From contig CBDASZ010000001.1 in NCBI GenBank assembly GCA_965199755.1, positions 737,509-801,508 of the forward strand: a stretch of 64,000 nt of DNA. Direction: 5' to 3'. Position numbers and translations under genes: made by a program. The notes under the pieces were generated by a model, which was given only the letters and a program-made list of their open reading frames with translations, made no database searches and was not told the origin of the DNA. Positions 29,592 to 39,723 of this stretch are shown here, in pieces. Source of the stretch: an uncultured candidatus Porisulfidus sp. GTDB lineage: Bacteria > Pseudomonadota > Gammaproteobacteria > Poriferisulfidales > Poriferisulfidaceae. Numbering within the stretch: position 1 is the stretch's first letter; each line of letters opens with the position of its first letter.

Positions 29592-29623
29592 ATACTTGAC
29601 TAATTTAGTCAGGATTGTATAAT
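29592..29623 (+). promoter_or_regulatory. isc operon promoter with a type-1 IscR binding site overlapping the -35/-10 elements.
   Basis: 'ATACTTGACTAATTTAGTCAGGATT' fits the type-1 IscR consensus ATAsyyGACTrwwwyAGTCrrsTAT. The -35 is 'TTGACT' (29596-29601) and the -10 is 'TATAAT' (29618-29623), with a 16-nt spacer. It lies 33 nt upstream of iscR. Confidence 0.65.
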
Positions 29624-29655
29624 GTGCTCATCATCTACAGGGTGCATGAGTCAAC

Positions 29656-30153
29656 ATGAAGCTGAATGCTAAAGGACGCTATGCGGTCACCGCGATGCTT
29701 GACGTGGCGCTACACAATGGCGACGGGCCGGTTCCGCTGTCTTATATCGCGCAGCGCCAAGGTATTTCGCGCCCTTATCTGGAGCAGTTGTTTTCGCATC
29801 TGCGTCGCGCCGGACTGGTGCGCAGTGTGCGCGGCCCCGGCGGCGGCTATCTGATCGCGCAGGAACTGGCTGACATTTCGGTGGCGGAAGTAATCAGCGC
29901 GGTGGATGAACGATTTGACGCGACACGCTGCGGCGGGCGTGAGAACTGCCAGAACAACGAACCGTGCCTGACGCATGGGTTGTGGGCGAAACTGAGTCAG
30001 GAAGTCGAGCGCTTCCTCAACGACATCAGTCTTGAAGACGTATTGGGCTGGCGCGACGTGCGCAAGGCCGCGCACCGCCAGAACGAACATGCGGCGCAAC
30101 TTTTTGAAATGCTTCCGCAGGAAGCCGCAGCGGAACAGGAGGCCCGGCTATGA
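29656..30153 (+). CDS. iscR: Fe-S cluster assembly transcriptional regulator IscR (Rrf2 family).
   Basis: '[20 protein letters not shown]' is an HTH. The three cluster-ligand Cys lie in '[13 protein letters not shown]'. It heads the isc operon. Confidence 0.92.
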   Translation: MKLNAKGRYAVTAMLDVALHNGDGPVPLSYIAQRQGISRPYLEQLFSHLRRAGLVRSVRGPGGGYLIAQELADISVAEVISAVDERFDATRCGGRENCQNNEPCLTHGLWAKLSQEVERFLNDISLEDVLGWRDVRKAAHRQNEHAAQLFEMLPQEAAAEQEARL

Positions 30154-31373
30154 GCGACTTGAAACTTCCCATTTATCTGGACTATTCCGCGACCACGCCG
30201 GTGGATCCGCGAGTGGCCGACGCCATGCACCAGTACATGACCATGGAAGGGGCCTTCGGCAATCCAGCGTCACGTTCACACAGCTTTGGCTGGCAGGCGG
30301 AAGAGGCGGTAGATCAGGCGCGCAAGCAGGTAGCGGCTTTGATCGGCGCGGACCCGCGCGAGATCATCTGGACCAGCGGCGGCACCGAGTCAGACAACCT
30401 CGCGATCAAGGGAGCGGCGCACTTCTATCAGAAGAAAGGCAAGCACGTGATTACGGTGAAGACCGAACACAAGGCTGTGCTGGATGCGTGTCGCCAGTTG
30501 GAGCGCGAAGGTTTTGAAGTCTCCTACCTGGAGCCGCAGCCGAACGGCCTGCTGGATCTGGACGCCTTGCGCGCAGAGTTGCGTGACGACACCGTGCTGG
30601 TGTCGGTGATGCATGTCAACAATGAGATCGGCGTCATTCAGGACATTGCGGCGATCGGCGAGATGACGCGCGAGCGCAACATCATTCTGCACGTGGACGC
30701 GGCGCAGAGCGCAGGCAAAGTGCAGATTGACATGAACGAAATGAAAGTGGATCTGATGACCCTGTCGGCGCACAAGATTTATGGACCCAAAGGGATTGGC
30801 GCGCTGTATATCAGGCGCAAGCCGCGAGTGCGGCTGGAAGCGCAGATTCATGGCGGCGGCCACGAACGCGGTTTGCGTTCCGGGACTTTGCCGACGCATC
30901 AGATTGTCGGTATGGGCGAGGCATTCCGCATTGCCAAGGAGGAAATGGTGGAAGAATCCGCGCGCATTCTGGCTTTGCGTCAACGTCTGTGGGAAGGCCT
31001 CAACGAAATGGAAGAGGTCTATATCAACGGCGACCTGGAGCAGCGTGTCGCCGGTAACCTGAATGTCAGTTTCAACTTCGTGGAAGGCGAGTCGTTGATT
31101 ATGGCGCTCAAGGATATTGCCGTCTCCAGCGGTTCAGCCTGTACCTCGGCGTCGCTGGAGCCCAGTTATGTACTGCGCGCGCTAGGGCGCAACGACGAGC
31201 TGGCGCATAGTTCCTTGCGCTTTAGCATTGGACGCTTCACGAGCGAGCAGGAAGTTGATCACACCATTTCGCTGATTAAGCAGGCGGTTGAACGTCTGCG
31301 CGAATTGTCACCGCTGTGGGAAATGCACCAGGAAGGGATTGACCTGGACTCGGTGCAGTGGGCGGTTCACTAA
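30150..31373 (+). CDS. iscS: Cysteine desulfurase IscS.
   Basis: '[18 protein letters not shown]' and the PLP Lys in '[10 protein letters not shown]'. The active-site loop is '[21 protein letters not shown]'. Confidence 0.95.
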   Translation: MSDLKLPIYLDYSATTPVDPRVADAMHQYMTMEGAFGNPASRSHSFGWQAEEAVDQARKQVAALIGADPREIIWTSGGTESDNLAIKGAAHFYQKKGKHVITVKTEHKAVLDACRQLEREGFEVSYLEPQPNGLLDLDALRAELRDDTVLVSVMHVNNEIGVIQDIAAIGEMTRERNIILHVDAAQSAGKVQIDMNEMKVDLMTLSAHKIYGPKGIGALYIRRKPRVRLEAQIHGGGHERGLRSGTLPTHQIVGMGEAFRIAKEEMVEESARILALRQRLWEGLNEMEEVYINGDLEQRVAGNLNVSFNFVEGESLIMALKDIAVSSGSACTSASLEPSYVLRALGRNDELAHSSLRFSIGRFTSEQEVDHTISLIKQAVERLRELSPLWEMHQEGIDLDSVQWAVH

Positions 31374-31398
31374 CTAACTCAATAACAGGAGATAAATC

Positions 31399-31827
31399 AT
31401 GGCTTACGGTAAAAAAGTTCTGGATCATTACGAGAATCCGCGCAATGTCGGATCAATGGACAAGGGCGACAGTCAGGTCGGCACCGGCATGGTCGGCGCA
31501 CCTGCCTGCGGTGATGTGATGAAGTTGCAGATCCGAGTCAACGACAACGGTGTCATTGAAGACGCCAAGTTCAAGACTTACGGCTGCGGTTCGGCGATCG
31601 CGTCATCCAGCCTGCTGACCGAATGGGTCCGCGGCAAGACGCTGGAGGAAGCCGGCCAGATTCGCAACAGCGACATCGCTGAGGAACTGGCGTTGCCGCC
31701 GGTAAAGATTCATTGCTCGGTGCTGGCGGAAGACGCCATTCAGGCGGCGATTTCTGATTATCAGGAAAAGCAGGGCGCTGAATCAGAGACCGTCGGGGAA
31801 GAAGAGTCCGCGGCGCAGCCAGCCTGA
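31399..31827 (+). CDS. iscU: Fe-S cluster scaffold IscU.
   Basis: 'YENPRNVGS', '[12 protein letters not shown]' and '[16 protein letters not shown]'. It has a 14-aa acidic C-terminal extension. Confidence 0.95.
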   Translation: MAYGKKVLDHYENPRNVGSMDKGDSQVGTGMVGAPACGDVMKLQIRVNDNGVIEDAKFKTYGCGSAIASSSLLTEWVRGKTLEEAGQIRNSDIAEELALPPVKIHCSVLAEDAIQAAISDYQEKQGAESETVGEEESAAQPA

Positions 31828-31846
31828 AAACACGCCTGACTCCCCC

Positions 31847-32170
31847 ATGTCTGTCACAGTAACCGAAGCGGCGGCCGAGCGCATCCGCTCGCATCTGGGC
31901 GAGCGCGGCTACGGCCTGGGCCTGCGCATTGGGGTGAAGACTACGGGTTGCTCCGGCATGGCGTATGTGCTTGAGTTTGCCGATGAACTTGAAGAAAACG
32001 ATCATCTGTTTGAGGACAAGGGCGTGAAACTGGTAGTGGCACCTAAAAGCTTGGTCTATCTGGAAGGTACTGAGCTGGATTACGGTCGGGAAGGATTAAA
32101 CGAAGGCTTCCGTTTCACCAATCCCAACGAGAAAGCGCGTTGCGGTTGCGGAGAAAGCTTCAGCATCTAG
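31847..32170 (+). CDS. iscA: Iron-binding A-type carrier IscA.
   Basis: 107 aa. The C-terminal motif is 'CGCGESF'. Confidence 0.93.
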   Translation: MSVTVTEAAAERIRSHLGERGYGLGLRIGVKTTGCSGMAYVLEFADELEENDHLFEDKGVKLVVAPKSLVYLEGTELDYGREGLNEGFRFTNPNEKARCGCGESFSI

Positions 32171-32177
32171 CTCACAG

Positions 32178-32717
32178 ATGAGGGGGGCAGCCGTGGCGCT
32201 GACACTTCCGCAAAATTACTTTGAACTGTTTCAACTGCCGTGCGCCCCTGTGGTGGATACGCAGCAGTTGACAGAGCGCTATCGCGCGTTGCAGCACGAG
32301 CTGCACCCGGACCGCTACGCGACCGCGCCGGATTCAGAACGCCGACTGGCCGCGGCGGCTGCCGCCCATGTCAATCAGGCGTATCAGATACTGGGAGACC
32401 GGCACGCGCGGGCGATCTATCTCCTCGAACTGCAAGAAATCACCATTGATGATGAGCGCGACACTTCGCAGGACGCGGAATTTCTGATGCACCAGATGGA
32501 ATTGCATGAGCAAATAGAGGAACTGGGCACTGCTGCGGAGGTGGCGGAGTTTGAGGCGTTGCTGGAGCGCGAGGAAGAGACTCTGTGGGAGGCGTTTCAG
32601 GCAAATTATCAACAGCAGCAATGGGAAGGCGCACGCGACACCTTGCTCAAACTTCGATTCTATCGTCGGCTGAAACGGCAAACCGGCGAACTTCAGGTGC
32701 GGATGCCCGCGGCATAA
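32178..32717 (+). CDS. hscB: Co-chaperone HscB.
   Basis: 'YFELFQLP' and the J-domain 'ELHPDRYA'. An alternative GTG start at 32193 has a better SD, 'agggggg'. Confidence 0.88.
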   Translation: MRGAAVALTLPQNYFELFQLPCAPVVDTQQLTERYRALQHELHPDRYATAPDSERRLAAAAAAHVNQAYQILGDRHARAIYLLELQEITIDDERDTSQDAEFLMHQMELHEQIEELGTAAEVAEFEALLEREEETLWEAFQANYQQQQWEGARDTLLKLRFYRRLKRQTGELQVRMPAA

Positions 32718-32720
32718 GTT

Positions 32721-34547
32721 ATGGCGCTGCTGCAAATTTCTGAACCAGGCCAGACCGCAGCCGCCCAGCGCGTCTGCGGCATTGATCTGGGCACCACGCA
32801 TTCACTGGTCGCGCTGGCGCGCGACGGCGAGGCGCATACGCTGGCGGATAATGACGGAAGCCATCGCTTGCCTTCCGTGGTGCGCTATACGGATGAGGGC
32901 ACGGTTGAGGTTGGTGCGACCGCGATGCGGGACTCAGGTGCGTTCTTTTCGATCAAGCGATTGATGGGACGCTCTGGAGAAGAAGTCGCCGATACGTTTG
33001 TTGTGGAAGACGCGCAAGCGACCGTGCCGCGCTTCACCACTCCGGCAGGGCCCAAAACAGCGGTCGAGATTTCGGCTGAAATTCTGCGTCCACTGGCCCG
33101 GCGTGCGTGTGCCGAACTGAACGGAGAACTTGACGGTGCTGTAATCACGGTGCCAGCGTATTTCGATGAGGCGCAGCGTCAGGCGACCAAAGATGCCGCA
33201 CGGCTTGCCGGATTGCACGTACTGCGACTGATCAATGAGCCGACCGCCGCGGCCATCGCCTACGGACTGGGGCAGCAGCATGACGAGGAAGTGATCGCGG
33301 TCTTTGATCTAGGCGGTGGGACTTTTGATATTTCGGTTTTGCGGCTCAATCAGGGTGTCTTCGAAGTGCTTGCGACGGGCGGTGATACGGTTCTGGGCGG
33401 GGATGACTTTGATCAGCTGTTGCTGGAGCGCTATGTGGCGGCGCAGGATGATTCTGTCGATTCATCGCGGCATCGCGAGATCCTGGTCGCGGCGCGGGAA
33501 GCACGGGAGCATCTATCGGAAACTTCAGAGGTGCAGATGCAGTGCGCTAATATGGCATCGCTCGCAGTCACACGTGAACAACTTGAGGGATGGAGCGCGC
33601 CGCTGCTTGATCGTATGCTGCAGCGTTGTCGCCAGGCATTGGCGGATGCGGGTGTGACGGTGCAAGAAGTCGGTGAGGTGGTGCTGGTCGGCGGCATGAC
33701 GCGCATGCCTTATGTACGACGCGAGGTGGAAGAGTTTTTCGGACGTCAGCCGCACACGGATCTCAACCCTGATCGGGTGGTGGCTTTGGGGGCCGCCATT
33801 CAGGCCGAAGCCCTGACTCTGGGCGCGCAGTCCGATTTGCTGCTGCTGGATGTCATTCCACTGTCGCTGGGCATTGAAATTATGGGCGGACTGGTGGAGC
33901 GAGTCATGGAGCGCAATACCACCATACCGGCGCATCATACGCAGGAGTTCACTACCTTCAAGGACGGCCAGACCGCCATGTCAATCCATGTGGTGCAAGG
34001 AGAGCGGGACCGGGTATCCGATTGTCGCTCGCTGGCGCGCTTTGAGCTGCGTGGCATCCCGCCGATGACGGCGGGCGCGGCGCGCATTCAGGTGGGCTTC
34101 CAAGTGGATGCCGACGGCTTGTTGGAAGTGGAAGCGCGAGAGCAGACCAGTGACGCGCGGGCCGGAGTATCAGTACAGCCTTCCTACGGACTGGAAGAGG
34201 CGGAGATCGAGCGCATGCTGCGAGAATCCGTCAGTCATGCGGAAGAAGACGTGGCGGCACGGGCATTGGTCGAGCAGCAAGTCGAAGCGGATCGTGTCTT
34301 GCAGGCACTGGAAGATGCGCTGGCGGTGGACGGCGAGGTGCTGCTGGATGTTGAAGAACATCAGGCCATTGACGCGCTTGCGCAGAGTTTGCGCGAACAG
34401 CGTGAGGGAGACGATGCGGAGACCATTCGCGCCGCAATCAAGGCGCTGGAGGTGGGCTGCGAAATCTATGTGGAGCGGCGCATGAACCAGAATATTCAGC
34501 GCGTCATGCAGGGCCATCATGTGGCCGAGTTTCAGGAGGGCGAATGA
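32721..34547 (+). CDS. hscA: Fe-S cluster assembly chaperone HscA (Hsp70 family).
   Basis: '[12 protein letters not shown]' and '[14 protein letters not shown]'. It is 608 aa. Confidence 0.95.
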   Translation: MALLQISEPGQTAAAQRVCGIDLGTTHSLVALARDGEAHTLADNDGSHRLPSVVRYTDEGTVEVGATAMRDSGAFFSIKRLMGRSGEEVADTFVVEDAQATVPRFTTPAGPKTAVEISAEILRPLARRACAELNGELDGAVITVPAYFDEAQRQATKDAARLAGLHVLRLINEPTAAAIAYGLGQQHDEEVIAVFDLGGGTFDISVLRLNQGVFEVLATGGDTVLGGDDFDQLLLERYVAAQDDSVDSSRHREILVAAREAREHLSETSEVQMQCANMASLAVTREQLEGWSAPLLDRMLQRCRQALADAGVTVQEVGEVVLVGGMTRMPYVRREVEEFFGRQPHTDLNPDRVVALGAAIQAEALTLGAQSDLLLLDVIPLSLGIEIMGGLVERVMERNTTIPAHHTQEFTTFKDGQTAMSIHVVQGERDRVSDCRSLARFELRGIPPMTAGAARIQVGFQVDADGLLEVEAREQTSDARAGVSVQPSYGLEEAEIERMLRESVSHAEEDVAARALVEQQVEADRVLQALEDALAVDGEVLLDVEEHQAIDALAQSLREQREGDDAETIRAAIKALEVGCEIYVERRMNQNIQRVMQGHHVAEFQEGE

Positions 34548-34885
34548 TGCCGGTATTACATTTTATGGCGCACGTGGAAATCTGTCCCGAAGAGCGCACG
34601 ATCGAAGTGGAACCGGGTGTGAGCATTTGCGATGCGGCGTTGTCGCATGGCATTGATATTGAGCATGCCTGCGAGAAATCCTGCGCGTGCACCACGTGTC
34701 ATGTGTATGTTCGCGCTGGAGGCGCGTCGCTGAATGAGACGACTGAAGATGAAGAAGACTTGCTGGATCGGGCTTGGGGGCTGGATCCGGACTCACGGTT
34801 GAGCTGTCAGACGATTGTCGGCGAGGAAGATCTGACCATTGAATTGCCGCGCTACACCCTGAACCAGGTTTCAGAAAATCACTAG
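34544..34885 (+). CDS. fdx: [2Fe-2S] ferredoxin of the ISC system.
   Basis: Adrenodoxin-type '[12 protein letters not shown]' and 'LSCQ'. It overlaps the hscA stop. Confidence 0.93.
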   Translation: MMPVLHFMAHVEICPEERTIEVEPGVSICDAALSHGIDIEHACEKSCACTTCHVYVRAGGASLNETTEDEEDLLDRAWGLDPDSRLSCQTIVGEEDLTIELPRYTLNQVSENH

Positions 34886-34894
34886 GAGGCTGTT

Positions 34895-35095
34895 ATGTCA
34901 TTATGCTGGACGGACACGCTGGAAATCGCGATACAACTGGAAGATGAGCACCCGGACGTGGATCCGCAGTATGTGCGATTCACGGACTTGCGCGACTGGG
35001 TTATGGCGCTGGAGGAGTTTGACGATGACCCGGAGCGTTGCGGAGAGCGCATCCTTGAAGCCATTCAGATGGCTTGGATTGACGAGCATGAGTGA
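34895..35095 (+). CDS. iscX: Fe-S assembly protein IscX (YfhJ).
   Basis: A 66-aa acidic protein, 'MSLCWTDTLEIAIQLEDEHPDVDP...'. Confidence 0.9.
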   Translation: MSLCWTDTLEIAIQLEDEHPDVDPQYVRFTDLRDWVMALEEFDDDPERCGERILEAIQMAWIDEHE

Positions 35096-35191
35096 GTATC
35101 AGACAGCCCCTGTGATAAAATTCGCCGCGCATTCAGTTCGCGTGGCCTCGTTCGCGGCGGATCACTCAACAGCATCGTACCGTTCATAGCC

Positions 35192-35845
35192 ATGCGCATT
35201 ATTCTTTTAGGTGGGCCGGGTGCCGGCAAAGGCACGCAGTCAAATTTCATTGCGGCGCGCTACGGCATTCCGCAGATCTCGACTGGTGACATGCTGCGCA
35301 CCGAGAAAGCCAAAGGCTCGACTTTAGGCAAGCAGGCCGGAGAAATCATGGATGCAGGCGGACTGGTGCCGGACGAATTAATTCTGGACATGATCGAGCA
35401 ACGTATCGCCGAGGAAGATTGCGTGGAAGGGTTTCTGCTTGACGGATTCCCGCGCACCATAGCCCAGGCTGAGGCGCTGCAGGATGATGAGGTCACTATC
35501 GACCACGTGATGGAGATCCGAGTCGATGATGAAGAGATCATTCGCCGCATGAGCGGACGCCGGGTGCATCCGGGCTCCGGGCGCGCCTATCACATCGAGT
35601 TCAATCCGCCGAAAACCGAAGGCATAGACGACGTCACCGGCGAGGAGCTGATTCAGCGCGATGACGATCGTGAAGAAGTGGTGCGCCAGCGTCTGGATGT
35701 GTATCACGAGCAGACCGAGCCACTGATTGAACACTATTCGCAGTTGTCGGAATCCGGCGGCGAAGACGCGCCGGCTTATCATGTCGTCAATGGCGTAGGC
35801 TCCATTGATAATATTCGGGATCAGATTTTTGACGCTCTGGATTGA
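35192..35845 (+). CDS. adk: Adenylate kinase.
   Basis: '[16 protein letters not shown]', 'STGDMLR' and '[10 protein letters not shown]'. Confidence 0.95.
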   Translation: MRIILLGGPGAGKGTQSNFIAARYGIPQISTGDMLRTEKAKGSTLGKQAGEIMDAGGLVPDELILDMIEQRIAEEDCVEGFLLDGFPRTIAQAEALQDDEVTIDHVMEIRVDDEEIIRRMSGRRVHPGSGRAYHIEFNPPKTEGIDDVTGEELIQRDDDREEVVRQRLDVYHEQTEPLIEHYSQLSESGGEDAPAYHVVNGVGSIDNIRDQIFDALD

Positions 35846-35887
35846 GCGCGTCAGTTACAAACACGCACGGCTTTTGGAGAGAGCATT

Positions 35888-36361
35888 ATGGGAACGCCAA
35901 CTTTGTTCACAGCGATTTTGGGAGTCTTGATTGCCATCACGGTGGTGCTGTTCATCGTCGCGCAGAACGTGGTCGACTCGGACCCGAAATGGGACGATGC
36001 GCGAGTCGCGCAGACCATTCAGGAGCGTCTCACTCCGGTCGGCAAGCTGAACACCTCAGGTGAGCCGATTGTGACGAGTCCCGTGAATTTTATGTCTGAA
36101 GCCCAGGCGGCTCCGGACTATGCTTCCGGCGAGGCCGTGTATGCCGCAGTGTGTCAGGCGTGCCATAGCACCGGTGTGCTGAACTCCCCCAAACTGGGAG
36201 ATCCGGCGTCCTGGGGTGACCGGCTGGCTAAAGACAAGGAGACCCTCTATCAGAGCGTGTTGAACGGTCTCAATCTGATGCCGCCGCGCGGCGGACGTCC
36301 CGATCTGTCGGGCGAGCAGATCCGAATGGCTGTGGACTATATGCTCGACAGCCTCAACTAG
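35888..36361 (+). CDS. Cytochrome c5 family protein, membrane-anchored monohaem.
   Basis: An N-terminal TM helix is followed by 'CQACHSTGVLNSPKLGD' (CxxCH). Confidence 0.8.
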   Translation: MGTPTLFTAILGVLIAITVVLFIVAQNVVDSDPKWDDARVAQTIQERLTPVGKLNTSGEPIVTSPVNFMSEAQAAPDYASGEAVYAAVCQACHSTGVLNSPKLGDPASWGDRLAKDKETLYQSVLNGLNLMPPRGGRPDLSGEQIRMAVDYMLDSLN

Positions 36362-36639
36362 TCGGATTGCTTCTCGTAAGTCTCGCGTTCAATTTCGTCG
36401 AGACGGGCCTGTAGAGTCGCCAGCGTGATGCGTGTGCGTTTCAGCAGTTCCGCCTGCACCGCGAACTCTTCGCGCGTGATAATGTCCAGATATTGCAAGG
36501 CATTGTCCAGTACCAGCTGGAGGGTGTTCGTCAGCTCACCACGCGCCATTTTCAAAGGTTCCGGCTCAACCGATTTGAGTCGGACTTCGACGCGACGTTT
36601 AAGTTCTTCGAGTTGTTCCGTATCCAGTAGTGTTTCCAT
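36358..36639 (-). CDS. ubiK: Ubiquinone biosynthesis accessory factor UbiK (YqiC/BMFP family).
   Basis: 'DIITREEFAVQAELLKRTRITLATLQARLDEIE' aligns with E. coli YqiC '[33 protein letters not shown]'. Confidence 0.8.
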   Translation of the reverse strand: METLLDTEQLEELKRRVEVRLKSVEPEPLKMARGELTNTLQLVLDNALQYLDIITREEFAVQAELLKRTRITLATLQARLDEIERETYEKQSD

Positions 36640-36726
36640 TTGAGCGAGAGTTGGAAGTAGTGATTAATCTATTGTTGATAAAATGAAATAGCGTTCAACG
36701 CATTTTTAATTATAAAGAAGACAGCA

Positions 36727-37614
36727 ATGGCGTCACCGTCTCAGCCCCCGCCGGCATCGCCGATTGATCCGGTTGAATTGACCCATGACAGCACGTTTCA
36801 GTTCCGTTGTCACAAGGATATTGCTTGTTTCAATGCGTGTTGCAAAAGCATTGATTTGCAACTCACGCCGTACGATATTGTGCGCCTGAAAAACTACTTC
36901 AACCTCAGTTCCAGTGAATTTGTCGCCCGGTATACTGTCCCGTTTGAGATGGACGCGCATGGCATGCCAGGACTCAAGATGGCGACCAAGACAGGCGGTG
37001 GTGAGTGCGTGCATTTGACCGAGGAGGGCTGCGGGGTGTATGAAGATCGCCCGGCGGCGTGTCGCTACTATGCGCTCGGCAATGTGGGCATGCGAAAGAA
37101 AGACACCAGCGCGGTTGAGGATGTCTACTTCGTTGTGCGCGAGCCGCACTGTCTGGGACATGAAGAGCCGCACACACAGACGGTGGCGGAGTATCGCGAA
37201 GATCAGGGCCTGGTCGCATACGATGAACACAATCGACGCTGGCGGGAATTGATTCTGCGCAAGCGTTCCGCAGGGCCCACCGTCGGTGCGCCATCGCCGC
37301 GCAGTCTGCAACTTTTTGATATGTGCAGTTATGATGTGGACAGTTTTCGGGAATTTCTGCAAAGTCCTTCCTTCCAGCAATATGTTGATTTGCCTGAGGA
37401 GGAATTGCAGGAGTTGCTATGCGATGAGGAGAAACTACTGGACTTCTCCTTACGTTTTCTGGAACAAGTGTTGTTTGGCGGCGATGCCGTCAAACTGCAG
37501 CCGGACGCTCGGGAAAAGCGCATTGAAGCGCGCCGGGGAGTCTGGCAGGAACGTCGCGATCAAAGCGTCAGGGAGCATCAGGAAGAACTGCAGCGTCAGC
37601 AGTATGAGGGATAA
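36727..37614 (+). CDS. YkgJ-family cysteine-cluster protein (putative Zn/Fe-binding domain) with a long C-terminal extension.
   Basis: 'CHKDIACFNACCKSIDLQLTPYDIVRL' and 'GGECVHLTEEGCGVYEDRPAACRYY' are the YkgJ/UPF0153 Cys pattern. At 295 aa it is much longer than a typical YkgJ. Confidence 0.6.
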   Translation: MASPSQPPPASPIDPVELTHDSTFQFRCHKDIACFNACCKSIDLQLTPYDIVRLKNYFNLSSSEFVARYTVPFEMDAHGMPGLKMATKTGGGECVHLTEEGCGVYEDRPAACRYYALGNVGMRKKDTSAVEDVYFVVREPHCLGHEEPHTQTVAEYREDQGLVAYDEHNRRWRELILRKRSAGPTVGAPSPRSLQLFDMCSYDVDSFREFLQSPSFQQYVDLPEEELQELLCDEEKLLDFSLRFLEQVLFGGDAVKLQPDAREKRIEARRGVWQERRDQSVREHQEELQRQQYEG

Positions 37615-37617
37615 GAC

Positions 37618-38142
37618 ATGAGAATCGGGTTGCTTTCCGATACGCATGGCTGGCTGGATCCACGCATCAGTTCAGTCTTGTCCGAGGCTGACTGCATTGT
37701 GCACGCGGGAGATGTTCTGGGCGCACACATACTGGAGCAGTTGCACACCTTGAGCCGAGACGGCCAGGTGATCGCGGTGGCGGGAAATAATGACCGCTTC
37801 CACGGCAGCGATCTGCCAGATGAACAAGAACTGCCTTTACCGGGAGGCTGCTTGACGGTGGTGCATGGGGATCGCTTTGGCAGCCCTCCGCAGCATGGTC
37901 GGATGCGCCAGCAGTGGCCGCAGTCTCGCGCGATTGTCTACGGCCACACGCACCGTGTGGCTCAGGATCAGGAAGCCGAACCCTGGGTGCTGAATCCGGG
38001 TGCTGCAGGGCGCACCCGGTTGCGCGGCGGGCCGTCGTGCATGATGCTGACCGCGCACGTGCAGCGCTGGGAACTGGATCTCTACCAATTTTCACTATCA
38101 GAACAGGACGAATCATGTCCCTCGGTCGCCGCCATATTTTGA
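37618..38142 (+). CDS. Metallophosphoesterase (YfcE-like phosphodiesterase).
   Basis: 'LSDTHG', 'VHAGD', 'GNND', 'VVHGD' and 'GHTH'. It starts 4 nt after the ykgJ-like stop. Confidence 0.8.
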   Translation: MRIGLLSDTHGWLDPRISSVLSEADCIVHAGDVLGAHILEQLHTLSRDGQVIAVAGNNDRFHGSDLPDEQELPLPGGCLTVVHGDRFGSPPQHGRMRQQWPQSRAIVYGHTHRVAQDQEAEPWVLNPGAAGRTRLRGGPSCMMLTAHVQRWELDLYQFSLSEQDESCPSVAAIF

Positions 38143-39236
38143 AGCTGCTGGAGTCGGCCGGGATTGTAGAGAACGGCCCCGACGTCTGCGATATCCAGGT
38201 CCGCGACCCTCGTCTGTATCGGCGCGTTCTGCTGCAGGGAAGTCTGGGGCTGGGCGAGGCATATATGGATGGCTGGTGGGATTGTCTGGCGTTGGAGGAG
38301 TTTTTCTTTCGAGTGATTCTCGCGCGACTGGATACGCAGGTGCACAGTTTCAGTAATGCCACCAATGCAATGATGGCGCGCTTGCGCAACATGCAAAGCC
38401 GGATGCGCTCAGGCATCGTGGCGCGCCAGCACTATGACATTGGCAACGATCTGTACAAGACCATGCTGGACAAGCGCATGATGTATTCCTGCGGCTATTG
38501 GCGCGAGGCTGATGATCTGGATGCCGCGCAGGAAGCGAAGCTGGAATTGATTGCCTGCAAACTGGAGTTGAGGCCAGGTGATCGGGTCTTGGACATTGGC
38601 TGCGGCTGGGGCGGGGCCTGCGAGTTTTTTGCGAAAGAATATGGTGCTCATGTGGTGGGAGTGACCGTGTCGCAAGGACAGTATGAACTGGCACAGCAAC
38701 GTTGCGAGGGTTTGCCGGTGACGATCCTGAAAACGGACTATCGCGACCTTGCGGACGATGCGGAATTTGAGGCGGTCTATTCCATTGGCATGTTCGAGCA
38801 CGTCGGCTACAAAAACTACGACACTTACATGAGCAAGGTGCATTCCATGCTGCCGGAAGGCGGGCGCTTTCTGCTGCACACGATTGGCAACTCCACCACC
38901 TTGACGCACAGCGACCCCTGGATCAATCGTTATATCTTCCCGAACGGGATGACGCCATCCCCGACGCAGATCAGCGAATCAATTGAGCCTTACTTCGTGA
39001 TGGAAGACTGGCACAACTTCGGACTGGATTATGAGCGCACGCTGATGGAGTGGCGTGGGAACTTCGAACTTGCTTGGGAAGAGGACCTGCAGGATAACTA
39101 TGACGACCGCTTCTTCCGCATGTGGCGTTATTACTTGAGTTGCAGCGCCGCTTCCTTCCGCGCTCGACAAAGCCAGTTATGGCAGATTCTACTGGTTCGT
39201 GACGGACTGAATGAGATGGTGCCGGCGTGCCGGTAG
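38115..39236 (+). CDS. cfa: Cyclopropane-fatty-acyl-phospholipid synthase.
   Basis: The SAM-MTase motif 'VLDIGCGWGG', plus 'YDIGNDLY' and 'IFPNG'. It is 373 aa, comparable to E. coli Cfa. It overlaps the phosphoesterase by 28 nt. The ORF-track N-extension from 37914 is rejected. Confidence 0.88.
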   Translation: MSLGRRHILKLLESAGIVENGPDVCDIQVRDPRLYRRVLLQGSLGLGEAYMDGWWDCLALEEFFFRVILARLDTQVHSFSNATNAMMARLRNMQSRMRSGIVARQHYDIGNDLYKTMLDKRMMYSCGYWREADDLDAAQEAKLELIACKLELRPGDRVLDIGCGWGGACEFFAKEYGAHVVGVTVSQGQYELAQQRCEGLPVTILKTDYRDLADDAEFEAVYSIGMFEHVGYKNYDTYMSKVHSMLPEGGRFLLHTIGNSTTLTHSDPWINRYIFPNGMTPSPTQISESIEPYFVMEDWHNFGLDYERTLMEWRGNFELAWEEDLQDNYDDRFFRMWRYYLSCSAASFRARQSQLWQILLVRDGLNEMVPACR

Positions 39237-39248
39237 GCACAACATCGA

Positions 39249-39701
39249 TCAGCCGCAGCCTCCGGCGGTGACCGTCACTTCTCTGGACGCTTGAAACAGG
39301 CCCTCCGAGGTATGCGCGAGGGCGACCACGCGCGTAGTGGCGCGCATCTTCACACGCAGTGATACAAATGGTTCGGTGGCTTCTCCGATGTGTGCGACGG
39401 TAATTAGCGGCACCGGATTGGCCTCGACCAGAATGCTGATTTTCTGGATGCCGGGCAGTGGCGCGTAGACCTGAACCGGCACTTTGCTGCTGTCTTCAGC
39501 GAGATCCGGCACATCCAGTTCAATGTCGGCATGTTCCTGAGGAGTCTGCCCATCAGTCAGCAGAGCTATCGCCTCATCCATTTCTGTGGCGTCAAAGGAT
39601 TCTGAGCGCGCGAACAGCGGGGCGGCCAGTGCGATGCCGGGCAGAGCGGCGAGCCCTTGCAACAGGCGGCGGCGGGTATGAATCAATCGTGGAGAGGTCA
39701 T
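39249..39701 (-). CDS. SoxY-like sulfur carrier protein (thiosulfate oxidation carrier family); orphan, with no adjacent soxZ.
   Basis: It has the Tat signal 'HTRRRLLQGLAALPGIALAAPLFA' and is about 150 aa. The C-terminus 'VTVTAGGCG' is the SoxY Cys-swinging-arm signature. The ORF-track extension to 39998 is rejected. Confidence 0.65.
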   Translation of the reverse strand: MTSPRLIHTRRRLLQGLAALPGIALAAPLFARSESFDATEMDEAIALLTDGQTPQEHADIELDVPDLAEDSSKVPVQVYAPLPGIQKISILVEANPVPLITVAHIGEATEPFVSLRVKMRATTRVVALAHTSEGLFQASREVTVTAGGCG

Positions 39702-39723
39702 GGGGCGTATTTTACTGGGTCGG

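Noticed and set aside
37914-38114. N-terminal extension of the cfa ORF (track gives 37914..39236).
   Set aside because: The extension overlaps the metallophosphoesterase in another frame. Cfa homology and the SD begin at ATG 38115 (MSLGRRHILK...).
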